DNA of 60,497 nucleotides, filler included, from Circinaria calcarea (lineage: Eukaryota): the NCBI GenBank assembly GCA_051942165.1. It is 8 parts of 8 records of this genome, joined end to end, with 100 filler letters (N's around TTAATTAATTAA, not from the genome) between each part and the next. Parts side by side here need not be neighbours in the genome. Positions count along the whole stretch, not along the records: positions 7,592 to 15,077 come from JAVECS010001315.1; positions 15,178 to 22,658 come from JAVECS010001316.1; positions 22,759 to 30,237 come from JAVECS010001317.1; 5 more parts are not named here. One strand, written 5' to 3'. The position numbers and the translations under genes are program-made. Below the pieces are notes generated by a model. That model had not been told where the DNA came from, did not search any database, and worked only from the letters and a program-made list of their open reading frames with translations. Numbering within the stretch: the first letter of the stretch is position 1; every line of letters begins with the position of its first letter. Below, piece after piece: positions 11,507 to 22,984 of this stretch.

Positions 11507-14342
11507 ATGGCACGAAAGCCCAAGGCCGAGTCCGAGTCCGAGTCTAAGGTCCCCGAAGCTGTAGCTCGCTCAACATCATCGCTGACTCCGGGTGTGACGT
11601 CTCAATCAACCAGCCTGGAGGATATCGTTGCCGCCACCGTTCAACCCAGTGAAGCTCCTGATGTGAAGAAGAGGAAGCCCAATCCGCCTCGCATTGGGCA
11701 AGCATGCGACCGCTGCCGGGTAAACTGGTGATTCTTCAGATAGTCCATCTTCTCATACTGATAGACATTCTTAGGTTCGAAAGTTGACTTGCGACGCTGC
11801 CATCGTATGCGGATATTGCCTCAAAGCCCTGGTGCCATGCACAACGACCGATCGCTTGACTGGGAGGAGATACCCCCGCGGAGAACTTGAGCGACTCGAG
11901 CGCAATGTGGTCGATCAAGTCTGCCACATTCGAAAACTGGAGGCTCATCTCCATTCTCTAGGCGAAGTTGTTCCACCATACGAAGAGCGATACCCGACGA
12001 CTACACACTTGATCGGCATCCCATCTCGCAGTTCCGGTGATCATGATGATTCTCTGGCATGGGAGCAGTGTGGGAAAACGAAGAGCCCTTCCCAGGTCTC
12101 ACCTTCATTTCAGTACATCCAGGAGAGGGGAATTCATCCTCCCCTAATCCTGCCAGATTTACGAGCCGGGCTTGTAGGCAGATTTCTAGGGGTGATAAGT
12201 AACCCGTCGAGCAGCTCAACCCATGAAGCAAAGTTGAACATCCTTGGCTGGGAAATTGACATCAACGCCTTCATATCAGACAGCTCAGGTCAGTCTGTGG
12301 ACTTTGGATCGCAAGCGTACAACATCTCCTATAGGAGCTTCATTGCTTCAGTATTTGGCGGCGGCTCAAGAATACCTAAGGTGGAGCTTTTACCTAGGCA
12401 GGAGGTTTTCGGGTACGCGAGTGCGTATTTTCAGATGCTTAACGCTTTCCTGCCAGTTCTTCACAAACCAGCTTTCATGACTCTCGTAAGATCTGGCTCC
12501 GTTCCATCACGACCTTTTGCCCTTGCTGATTCTGACCTCAGTTGACAAGGATTTATGACGTTCCAAGTTATTCAGCATCCTTTGCAGAGATGGTAATGGT
12601 ACATGTGATGCTCGCCATGATGCTGTTTCAATCTGCCACTCGGAATTGGGAGGATATTCCAAAGCAGAAAAGGTTACAAGTGCAATCTAACCTACACTAC
12701 CATTACTCTCTCAGTATGGTCTGTAATCTGATGGTGGGCCAGACCTTAGAAGACATGCAAGCGCTAGCGATGATTTGTGCTCATGTCCGAAATCTACCGA
12801 ATCCCGAGATCTGCTGGTCTATCTCTAATATCGCCATTAGCAAAGCTATAGAGCTGGGTCTCCATAGATCGGCTAGTTCAGCAAACACCGATATAGGACA
12901 AAAGGACAAGCTACATCTTGAGATACGCAAGCGAGTTTTCTGGTCACTAATCGCCATCTTGGTCACTGTCAGCGGAAAGATTGCTCGTCCAATGCCTCTC
13001 CGCATCGAAGACTTTGATATCGAATTCCCGGAGCCGGTAGACGACAGTGTTCCCGGCGAGACAGGCGTAAATGGTTCAGTCCGAGGGACGTGCTCGTTCC
13101 TAATCGGTATAGAAGCTTTCAAGCTTGAGCCAATCTTTATGGAGTTGTATAACGAAGTGTACTCCTCAAGGCGATCACCTTCGAATTATGTCGAATTTGT
13201 CCGACAATCTGAAAGGAAATTAAAGATGTGGTGCGACCAATGGCCAGTAGAACTCCGTGAAGATCCACATTCTACGGATTGGAGATTAAAGTATTTTACT
13301 CAGTATCTTAACCTATGGGCCTTGGAATTTCGCCTCCTATTGCGTCACCCGTCCCTTTCCTGCTCGGTATCAGCAAAGCATAATGTTGAGAGCTTAAGGT
13401 TATGCTTGGAGATCTCTCACGAAATGATGGGCCGTGCCCAAATTCTTCAGCAGGCCAGGGGCTTGGATACTACTTGGTGTAGTTGCGCTGTCTATATCTG
13501 TGCTATCCAGACCACCTTATATGGGCATAGTCAACTCAAAGATGAGCTGACTCGTGAGGGGTTGAAATTGCTAAAAGCAGATATGGAGGTATGGCTTACC
13601 ATCATGGGTGATCTTGGCAACTTGCTCGGTATGTACACGTCCGCGTCTTTGTCAGTACAGCAGTGTTTGACGGAAAACAGGTACAGGAAAACGGTTGCAA
13701 CAAACCATACAGAAACAGATTGATGCTAGCATTTCTTATCTGGAAAAGCATCTGGAATCCATGTTAGTGCCTACGCTGCCTACAGCCAAGCAAGAGACTC
13801 CCTCGACCCCTACGGTACACGATGCAGGTCACTCGCAAGACAACATCACTGGCTCCCACGCCTACAAGCCGTATGCCATCTGGAGCCAAGAGTCTAGTAC
13901 AGATGAGTACCATGATCCCTATAAAGGTTCCACAGGGAGCCTTCAGGGTTCCAATTCCTACCACATGGCTGAGCACGGATACTCCTTTCCTTCCCACGGC
14001 GAATCCTACCCAGCAGTTCACTCATCATATATTCCAGACCCTTATCCTACGCAACCGGCACCGCAAGCACCTTATCAGCAGCAGCCAGTCGGCACTACTA
14101 CACAATACCTCGATCCAAATATCTACGACGTCGGTCCCCAATCCTGGAGCCAGTTTACCCAAGCGCGGCCAAGTCTGCAGGCTTATGATCCCGCCAACAC
14201 ATTATTGCAGCTAAGCGGTCAAGGACAGATGATCAAAGCAGAGGATATGGGAGAACCTGGCCCAGATGTTGGGACTGTGAGACTCGATACAGGAGAAATG
14301 TGGCCGTGGTCCCTCATCGGCCAGCCTCCGGGAAATTTATAA
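11507..14342 (+). CDS. Zn(II)2Cys6 fungal transcription factor with Fungal_trans middle homology region
   Basis: RIGQACDRCR/VRKLTCDAAIVCGYCLKALVPC cluster split by an intron; FLPVLHKPAF; AIELGLHR; EIRKRVFWSL...GKIARP. Three introns. Confidence 0.93.
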
Positions 14343-15077
14343 CGCTGGTCTCTTTTTCTGCAGCACTTTAGCGTGGCGTTTGGGTGAGGAGAGCACAGAT
14401 GGCTTATATTCACATCCGGTAATGCCGATAGACGTTCGTTTGGACTGTGGCAACATGTATTTTCAACAAAGAAAGAGATGTATATACAATAAAACCCCCT
14501 GACGGGTAAGGTTCAGAAAATCTACCAGGAGGCCTCGTATCTCTGACATGGAAATTCCACGATGTAGTGGAACACTCTGGGTTTGGCTTGACGTAGGGCT
14601 ATAATGACGGTCATGCGGTGTGGTTACAATACCTTTTCATAAAGAGAACAGAGCAAAGCTTTCCAAGATACCGTGGGATTCAGCGGTGAATCGCGTCTTT
14701 TGAATTTTCTCCCGGATCCGAAAAGTTCATTGTGATAATCCCAGTTAAACTTTGCATCCCCAAACTTATTTGGCACATTCCAACTGCGCCACCACCCTTC
14801 TTCTTCCTTTTTCTAACTCTTAAAGGTGCCCTTCCCCCCCCCCCTCCCCAAGAAATGGCGAAGGCGGGGGAAGTCCGTGGATGGATTTGGGGGGATTTGA
14901 TTGAGTACGGTAGATAGGAAATTACGTTTACAGTTAGTTGCCCGGAGAAAGAGAAAAACAAATACGGGGGTTCGGGGGAGCGCATATGTTTCCAGAGGGG
15001 GGTATTTGGTGGCATAGATGGGGTTGTTGGTGGCGAATGGAGGGAGGTATGGACGGACGGGAAATGGGAGATTGTGG

Positions 15078-15177
15078 NNNNNNNNNNNNNNNNNNNNNNN
15101 NNNNNNNNNNNNNNNNNNNNNTTAATTAATTAANNNNNNNNNNNNNNNNNNNNNNNNNNNNNNNNNNNNNNNNNNNN
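15078..15177. other. Artificial contig spacer
   Basis: N44-TTAATTAATTAA-N44. Confidence 0.99.
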
Positions 15178-16368
15178 GGTAGTCGAGTTTGCTGTGAAGG
15201 TCAGGTTTTGACTTGCGAATGTGCCCACGTAAAAGGTGTTATTCTGATGAGGGACTCCTTCCGAAAAGTCAGAGATCGTTATATTACCTATATTGAAATT
15301 CTCAACATCGGATCCCAAGTCAAGTGTGCCATTATGAAGCGTATCATAGGAATAGCCGACTTGGACAGGCTGATCCAAGTACAGCACGTTCACTTCGTTG
15401 TTCCAAGAGTAAGGGTTGAGGTAAGTGCTGTTTGAATCTTCACCAACGAAACAAGGGCCGTTCTCCTCGAGAGCGCCAAGCATTGAAGAACCACCTGGTC
15501 CTAGAAATTTGGAAAACGTGTGAGTTATTTAAACATCATGGATGGGTAGTCCGGGAACGAGCTCATGTTACGAACCACCGTTCATCTAAAGACCGATCAG
15601 TATCATGGGACAGCCCAGGGTAAACTCTATAACATACCCAAATGGCTAGAGGTGCATTGACTGGATCTTTCCGAGCCTCCTATATAGCCGTTAGTAACTC
15701 CAACAAACGTTCGGGTACCTCTCGTATGCCTACGAAGAACCAGAAGAACCTAACGAGACATTAGTCATTGTACTATTGATAAAGAGTCCGGTCACCCACG
15801 TGTTTATAGGATAGTTCTGCGACTCGCCGACTTCATCCAACGAGTTCGGAGGCAGGTGTACATAGCCACTATACGACTTTACCCCCTTGAGCGTCTCGCA
15901 AATACCAGGCTTCACTCCCGTATGGTTAGTCTCTGGTCCGTCTGAATGATATGAAGTCAATTGAACTCAGTTCGTCTCATTAATGGGCCCATACGCAAAC
16001 ATCTTTTACGCACAGCTTGTTTGAGCGGAGAATCAAGAAACATAAAACACTGTTATAAGAAGAGCCAAGGCAATAGCATAGGGTCAGAGGGAGCATGCCA
16101 AAAAATGGATTGAGTACGTCAAGTACTATTCCTCTCATTAAGACTGGTATACTGCCTACGCGTAACCTTTCCATGGAAGTCCAGAGAGGAAGAGCGCAAA
16201 GAGGGCAAACTCGAAGCACGAAATAAAGCAGCATACTTCCTTGTAGGATATTGTCACTCCATCATGGAACTTTGACTTCACAGTGGTGACGCCCTCAGGT
16301 GCTGGAGGGAAGTATTGGGAGGACACCAGGCCACCACACAAGGCGAAGATGAAGGCACGCATCTCCAT
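15178..16368 (-). CDS. Secreted serine carboxypeptidase (peptidase S10), N-terminal part
   Basis: Signal peptide, then ISYKE/PGICET...SYSGYVHLP...[41 protein letters not shown]...[24 protein letters not shown]. Includes 16-nt and 10-nt micro-exons. Confidence 0.95.
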
Positions 16369-17389
16369 GGATAGCAGGAGGAGAGATAGAGATGTGTAAA
16401 GCGATTAGACAACCGTAAGCAGCCTTTATATTAGAGAGAGTCGCAGAGCTTGGAAGCTTCTATGAAGTTTCATATCTATAGTAGCCTCTCAATAAATAGG
16501 TGGTAGTGAGGATCTATCTACATCCCTCGCAGACGCGGCGTATATGTACTTTGAATGTATTGGGAAGGTCGGTATCATTTTCTCCGATCTCAGTACGACC
16601 AATCAGAACAGCGCTTAACATACTCTAGCAGCTCAGCCCTAAGTGAAGGGTTCTCTTTTCATTGTTGAACTCAGCATCAACAGATGAATCGGTATAAGCC
16701 TCGGGCGAGCTTTTTGTAAGATGTATATCAAAGGATTATTACACTTGATCCGCCGAAATGACGGTTTACAGGACGTGCCGAAGAACCCGTGCCGCCTGGT
16801 TCCTTTTGCTAGACTATCAAGCCAACAACTCTCTCTCCCACACTTCGACCCGTCCCGTCTCTCCATCAACAAAGACTTCAATCTTCACCGTTGCTTCATG
16901 AGGTCATTGTAGGCTACGAGAACGGCCCTTTTATCACAAGGTTTCCCATTGTGATGAAAATTGAGGTGACAAAGGGGCATTACTTATGGTTGCCAACAGT
17001 GCTCCGTGCCGCGTTACTTGTTATCAGAGCTGGGTCTATTCTTTCTAACCTTCCCATCAAATCTCTACACGAGGAACGGTCCTCAAGTTTGGTTGTCGAA
17101 AGAAGGTCTGATGAACAGGTAAATCCTGTTGTGCTTGACTGGTAGAGAAAGGTCTAGGCTCTGGCAATCTCCTTCTGCTGTGTTGGAACTGCTTGCAACT
17201 GTATCACAATCATTTATATAATAGCGGGTCCTTATATAGGGAGGTATTTACGCTTGATTATTTTCAGAAAAAATATCGATTAAAGTAACTCTTTTAATTC
17301 CTCTTGCTCTTCTACTGTTCAGCCGGTCTGATACCACCTATATCAATATTCCATTCGCCTAAGAAAGCCCGTAGCCGCCAAGAACGATC

Positions 17390-17859
17390 ATGAAGCTTAC
17401 TCTCCTTGCCTATCTGTCCATGACCATCCTCGAGGCTACTTCCATTCCCAACGTCCACAGAAATCCCAATTACCTTGCCCTCCGCTCCCTCCACGAAAAT
17501 GACCACCGCCACCGCGCCTTTACCGATCACGTTAATAATTACGCCGTGTAACGCCGCCTCGCTCTTCCGAAAGGAAAGGGCAGCGCTGTTGGCAAGACTG
17601 GAAGGGCGAGGGCAGCTCCGGAGGCGCCGGGAATTCTCCACCCCCCGGCCTGAGTCCCGATGCCTTGAAGGCGTTCAATAACTGCACAAAGGCGCAGAAC
17701 ACTCAGGGTGACTGTGACGCAATGAGGGGGGGTTTCGCGGCGATGGGATGCATTCTGGGGTCCATGCATTCAATGAAGCCGTGTGAGAATAAGGAACTGT
17801 GGGCAGCGCAGTCAAAGGTGTCCTGCGCTATATATCCTGGAGGGAGGTTTTGCAAGTAG
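17390..17859 (+). pseudogene. Possible degenerate small secreted protein
   Basis: MKLTLLAYLSMTILEATSIP looks like a signal peptide (53-aa ORF, 17390-17551). A Thr/Pro-rich segment and a Cys-containing segment follow in other frames. Confidence 0.3.
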
Positions 17860-18060
17860 GATAGTATAGTTTCAAGTTGAAGTCGGACCTGGTTATTATG
17901 TTTGTTTTAATATGAACGGTGCTACTCTTTATATTATGAGAAGGCTTATGATAGCATCTTGTCTCATCCCGGCATCTCGTCTTATCTCATTATCGCGCCG
18001 AGTTCTTTGCAAGATCCTTGATTCAGCAGCCGTCACATCGTGAAGTCATACCATCCGTCT

Positions 18061-18888
18061 CTACTTCTTCGCAAAGGCCAAGATAGCCTCCATGCCGAAG
18101 TCTTGTCCCCCGTTGTACTTTTCCTTCACTATCCGTTCAAACACAGGCCTGACCTCATCGATCTTCCCACTTTCCCGCCACGGTCCCAGGATAGTTTCGA
18201 TGGCAGGAATTTTTGATTCAAACCAAAATTGGATATACTCGTCACCTTTGAATTTCCACTTCGGCCTCACAATCCTCGTTTCCACTTGACTGCATCCCAC
18301 CTTTTCAAACTGCGCCTTCACTTGCTCCTCCGTTGACCATCCTTCGGCAAACCCATAGTTAGGGCTCGTATAGCCCGGTTCAAATGTTCTGCACGCATCT
18401 GTCCATGGTGCATTCATATCCAGATTCCCCCATGTGCCCAATCCAATTACGCCTCCCGGGACAGTGACCCGGTACATCTCCGACATGGCCCGAAGCGGGT
18501 CCGGGACGAATTGGATCGCAAATGTACTAAGGACATGCGTAAAGGTAGCGGGTTGGAAAGGATGAAGATCCATCGCGTCAAGAACCATTGTCTGCACGTT
18601 TTTCAGCTTCTTCTGCTCAACGGCTTTCACCATGCCGGGCGATAAATCGGACGCGATGATCCGGGCAGTGGGATATTGCACATTGACTGCGGTTGTTAGG
18701 GCACCGGTACCGCAACCGTTGTCGAGGATGTGTGTGTTGGGAGCGGAGAATGGGCGGATGCTGTTGACGCATGAAATCAATTCTTCGACCGGAGGACGAG
18801 TGACGCGTTCGCTGCGAGAAACGTATACATCCGCAGCACTCCCCCAATTGTCACCGGAGGAATCTTGGTGATCATTTGAGTCAGACAT
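18061..18888 (-). CDS. Class I SAM-dependent methyltransferase
   Basis: Motif I ILDNGCGTG, post-I ASDLSPGM, LDAMDL, FTHV, EMYRVTVPGG. Intronless, 275 aa. Confidence 0.95.
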   Translation of the reverse strand: MSDSNDHQDSSGDNWGSAADVYVSRSERVTRPPVEELISCVNSIRPFSAPNTHILDNGCGTGALTTAVNVQYPTARIIASDLSPGMVKAVEQKKLKNVQTMVLDAMDLHPFQPATFTHVLSTFAIQFVPDPLRAMSEMYRVTVPGGVIGLGTWGNLDMNAPWTDACRTFEPGYTSPNYGFAEGWSTEEQVKAQFEKVGCSQVETRIVRPKWKFKGDEYIQFWFESKIPAIETILGPWRESGKIDEVRPVFERIVKEKYNGGQDFGMEAILAFAKK

Positions 18889-19048
18889 GTTGAGATTCCC
18901 AGTGGCCCACGATTGGTGCCAGACGGATCAATTGCAGTGGGACTCCAGAGGATGAATCGCTGTTACGAGCTGTTTGTATACCCACGGATGACGCAATTGA
19001 TCGGCCCGGTCATTCCGTACTCCACTCTCCAGTAGCAGTAGTTGGAGT

Positions 19049-19091
19049 CGAGGGAGGGTGTAAAAATTGACGGCCGACCCCGGTTTACTTA
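19049..19091 (+). repeat. Left TIR of Tc1-like element
   Basis: CGAGGGAGGGTGTAAAAATTGACGGCCGACCCCGGTTTACTTA is the exact reverse complement of 20448-20490. Confidence 0.97.
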
Positions 19092-19169
19092 GTAAGCGGT
19101 TCGCCTAAGTATTTCCTCATACTAATTTATGTGTAAAGCTACATATTTTTTCCTGAATATCAGTATTTC

Positions 19170-20355
19170 ATGTCGCCGCCTATTACACGACGCCGTGCTC
19201 GCGCTCATACTCCTCCCCCCTCTACAAAACACGGCACTGAGCATGATACGCCTACACGTGTACGCGTTTTAGAACTTCGAGGACGTGTTTCTGCAGCAAA
19301 AATCAAGGAATTAACTGGAGTGCCACCACGCACTCAGTTAAACATCGCTAAAAGTGGAAGTAATCGACGTCCTCGGCCATTGTCTACGAAACTTGGACGA
19401 CCGGCTAAAATCGACGATGATACGATTGAAAAGATGCGACGGAGCCTCAAAGGAAATTACAATCAACGAAGAAAGGGATGGGATGAACAAGTTGATGACT
19501 TAGGTATTAACGTTCACCCACATACCTTGAAACAGGCTTGCAGAAATGCTAGACTATCGCTCCGGAAGTGGAAAGCAGCGCAGAAGAAATGGATGAAACA
19601 GAAACATGTAAACATCAGGGTGGAATGGTATAAGGAACGTGAGAATTGGGCCGATTGGCAGTGGTCACAGGCTTGTATTCCCTATTCTTTAATATAGGAA
19701 TTGTATAGTACTGATTAGAGATCTATAGATCGGATTCAGCGATGAATCATATATGCATCATAACGCCCGAATCACCGAAATGTCTATACGCGAGCCTGGC
19801 GAACGAGACGCGCCGGACGCTATGGAAAAGAGACTGGAAAAAGGGCCTACGGATATACACGTGTGGGCTACTGTTGGGGTGAATTATAAGAATAAATTGA
19901 TCTTCTACGGCAAAAACGAAGGCGATGGGTCGAATCAAATGACGTTGCAGATCTATCGTCATAAGATACTTCCGTATGTCCTGGAAATACGTGACGAATG
20001 GGCGGAAAACGGGCGAGAGTTTGTGTATATGGAGGACGGTGATAAGTCTCATGGTAATCAGTCAGTGTTCAATATAGCACGCATCTTTAAAGATGAACAC
20101 AGCCTTGATTACTGGGACGATTGGCCTCCGAACAGCCCTGATCTTAACCCCATAGAAAATGTATGGAGGATTATCAAAGGGCGTGTTAAACAGCATCATC
20201 TAAAGAATGCTGAACAGCTTAAGTATTAGTAGCTTTATGAGTGGGAGCGCTTGGAGCTAAAAGAGATTAATAACCTGATACTTGGGCCTAAATTTCATAT
20301 GAAAAATAGGCTTAAACAATGCATTGAACGCGGAGGATATCAGACAGCGTTTTAA
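19170..20355 (+). pseudogene. Tc1-like transposase (DD39E) with one intron and two tandem premature TAG codons
   Basis: HTH-like N-terminus with GRPAKI. Intron 19671-19728 joins WQWSQ to IGFSDES. Then VWATVG, YMEDGDKSH, WPPNSPDLNPIENVW. TAG TAG at 20227-20232, after which the frame continues to ...RLKQCIERGGYQTAF*. Confidence 0.92.
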
Positions 20356-20447
20356 TGTATTTAGCTCTAATAAAACCAATTTCTCATCAAATTTGCATAT
20401 AGTTTACTATGAAAATGGATTGAATTATGGTGGTGGTTGAGGATTAT

Positions 20448-20490
20448 TAAGTAAACCGGGGTCGGCCGTCAATTTTTACACCCTCCCTCG
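20448..20490 (-). repeat. Right TIR of Tc1-like element
   Basis: TAAGTAAACCGGGGTCGGCCGTCAATTTTTACACCCTCCCTCG. Confidence 0.97.
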
Positions 20491-21058
20491 AGTAGTGTGG
20501 GGATTCGGTCAGAAAAGACCAACGGGCCGAGGACTCGGACGAGTACGAGAGGCAACCAAATATCACATGTAGCCATCTCACTTCTGTCTGGGGTGAGGTG
20601 AAATTGATCGGATTTGACGTTTGTTGCCTTGTGCGGCTAAAAGGCACAATAAGGACCTGCATACGAATCAGCTTGGCAAATACGGGATGCTCCGATTGGC
20701 ACTCATAAGCCTTTTCTTACCTGGGCAATGGTGGGATCTGGTATTTCATTCGACTCCATGAGGCCTTTTCTTTTCTTCCTTTCGCCCAATACGGATTTAT
20801 CGGCCCTTGGACCTCGTATGTCTATATATGGCACCTTGATGATGAGGCGGGATTGGCAAACTATTGTCGGAGTACCATTAAGGCGGGTGGATGCCCCCTT
20901 TGCCGTATGTACTCGGGATGATATATGCTCTGCCTTGACTCGGTATGTTTCTACGTGTTTGCTCCCTCACTCCCAATTCTACATTCCCGTGCTTCCGTTC
21001 TTGAACTGTCAACTTCTTTTGTGCACTCGACCATCTTAAGCACCTTGACAAGTCTGTA

Positions 21059-21924
21059 ATGCATACTACTCTCCTCCTTCTTGCCTTGGCCGGCATTTTT
21101 TATGCTTCACTTGCTGCTCCAGCCAAGGCTCTAGAGCCTCGGGTCACCGCTCAGTGTGGTCAATACCAGAGTCAAACGGCCGGACCATACACCCTCGCTA
21201 CGAATGGATGGGGTTGGTCCTACGGCACGGGCTCTCAATGCTCTCAGGTCGATAGTATATCTGGCGCTACCATAGCGTGGAGTACCACATGGCAATGGGC
21301 GAATGTCTCTAGCGGATATGGACAATACAACGTAAAGAGCTTCACCAACCTGCAAGCGGCGATGACCAGCAAGCCATTGAATCAGTATACTAGCATGTTG
21401 ACGAATTGGGCATGGTAGTAAGTATACATCCACCCTCACCTTTAGCCTCTCGAGTAGCAGCGCTTTCTCGATTAGAAGGGACTGGAAGAACTGACATGGA
21501 ATGCACATGCAGTTATACTGGCAACAACTACATTGCCAATGTCGCCTACGATACATTTCTCGGCACTTCGTCGAATTCAAGCCCACTCTACGAGGTTATG
21601 GTTTGGATAGGTTACTTTGGCGCCATCTATCCACTCAGTGATACTGGTTACCCACCAACCCCTGTGGCGACTCCAACCATTGGCAATACTCCCTTCAATC
21701 TGATCGTCGGAACCAACGGCAACATGAAAGTTTATAGCTTCGTTGCCCAGAACTACCTGACTACCAACTACAACGGGGATCTGCTACCTTTTTACAAGTA
21801 TCTGGAGATGAATTACGGGCTTCCATCCAGCCTGTACATGCAGTCCATTCAGGCTGGGACGGAGGTGTTTCACGGCACTAACATGAAACTAACGACTACT
21901 GCATATAACATTGCTGTCAAGTGA
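21059..21924 (+). CDS. Secreted glycoside hydrolase family 12 (endoglucanase/xyloglucanase)
   Basis: Signal peptide; CGQY...NGWG...GSQC...WSTTWQW...NVKSF; NVAYDTF, YEVMVW (nucleophile Glu), IQAGTEVF (acid/base Glu). Intron 21418-21512. Confidence 0.95.
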
Positions 21925-22129
21925 AAGAGACTTGACGATAAGAAGATGGAGTGGTCATAATGGAAGACAGGGTTTATCCATCATCTGCCTGCTTCTTGCA
22001 TTGTTACGTGTATTGTATATCTGGGTCCTCAACCCCGCCAAGAGCGACTTTTGACACTCTTTGATATATTAATGCCACACCTCGACACGAGCAGCACTTA
22101 ATTTAGAGCCGCCGTCTCTACCCCAAGGC

Positions 22130-22658
22130 TTATAGTTCACTCCAAGTCCTCCCGTAAACCCCAATCCACTGGACTAGTTCCTTCCTGAGCTCTTTAGGGG
22201 TCGCCATCTCGCTCAGAGGTTCAAGGTCTAATGCTTGCTTCAACGCCACGACCTGAAAGATACACCGATGCGGGCCACGGCTGATGATAGGTCGAGCCAG
22301 CCCCATCCACACGAACGCCCCTCCGATTCTTCCCACACCTGAACCCTCCCCGCCAGCAATGTCGATCCTAGTACCTTTTTTCCAAGTCGGCGGGGACCGA
22401 ACCTGCATCTTCTCGGCCGGGGTATGGAATAGTAAATCCTATGCCCAATTCGCGGTGCATTGGGATCCTCCCCTGATGAGGAGTTATTCCCGGATCGAGC
22501 TCAGTCACCGTCGCGGGGACGGACCGGGTGAGCTCCGGACAGCGGTTTGCGCCCGAACCGGGGTGTGGTCGATCGAAAGGGAGGAGGATGAGGGGGTCGC
22601 ATTCCGGGGATCGGACTTGTAGCGTGGGGGTCGCGGCCGCTAAGGGAGGAGAGGAGGG
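22130..22658 (-). pseudogene. Degenerate PEBP/YbhB-like gene fragment
   Basis: DPNAP (cf. DPDAP), IYYSIP and GPHRCIFQVVAL (cf. GPHRYFFQVVAL) lie in different frames with in-frame stops. 5' end is at the contig edge. Confidence 0.65.
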
Positions 22659-22758
22659 NNNNNNNNNNNNNNNNNNNNNNNNNNNNNNNNNNNNNNNNNN
22701 NNTTAATTAATTAANNNNNNNNNNNNNNNNNNNNNNNNNNNNNNNNNNNNNNNNNNNN
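22659..22758. other. Artificial contig spacer
   Basis: N44-TTAATTAATTAA-N44. Confidence 0.99.
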
Positions 22759-22984
22759 CATCGGACTGATGGTGGGCTGCATGCCAGTCCTTCCAGTCCT
22801 TTTCCGCCATCGAGATACCGTCACGACGTGCCCTTCGTTGCGGAAGTCCCAATTCAGCCCTACAAAGGTGTCGTCCAAACCATCCGGTACCCACTATACT
22901 AAGGAAGCCATGCCGATCGTGTCATACCAACAGGGTAGCTACGTGCAGTTGGACGAGATGCGGCCAGTAGAGACGATGGTATAA
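22759..22984 (+). CDS. 3' end of a probable PTH11-like membrane protein
   Basis: IGLMVGCMPVLPVLFRH matches the end of TM7 in PTH11-like proteins and is followed by a Ser/Thr-rich tail. Confidence 0.6.

Larger units (their letters stand above)
19049..20490 (+). mobile_element. Full-length Tc1/mariner (IS630-Tc1-mariner) DNA transposon, 1442 bp
   Basis: Perfect 43-bp TIRs beginning CGAGGGAGGGTGTAAAAATTGACGG, an internal DDE transposase, and flanking AGT (19046-19048) and AGT (20491-20493). Confidence 0.96.

Noticed and set aside
21415..21512. Stwintron in the GH12 intron (GTA-GTAAGT...CTCAC...TAG)
   Set aside because: The internal unit would be only ~28 nt. A single intron at 21418-21512 already restores the frame.
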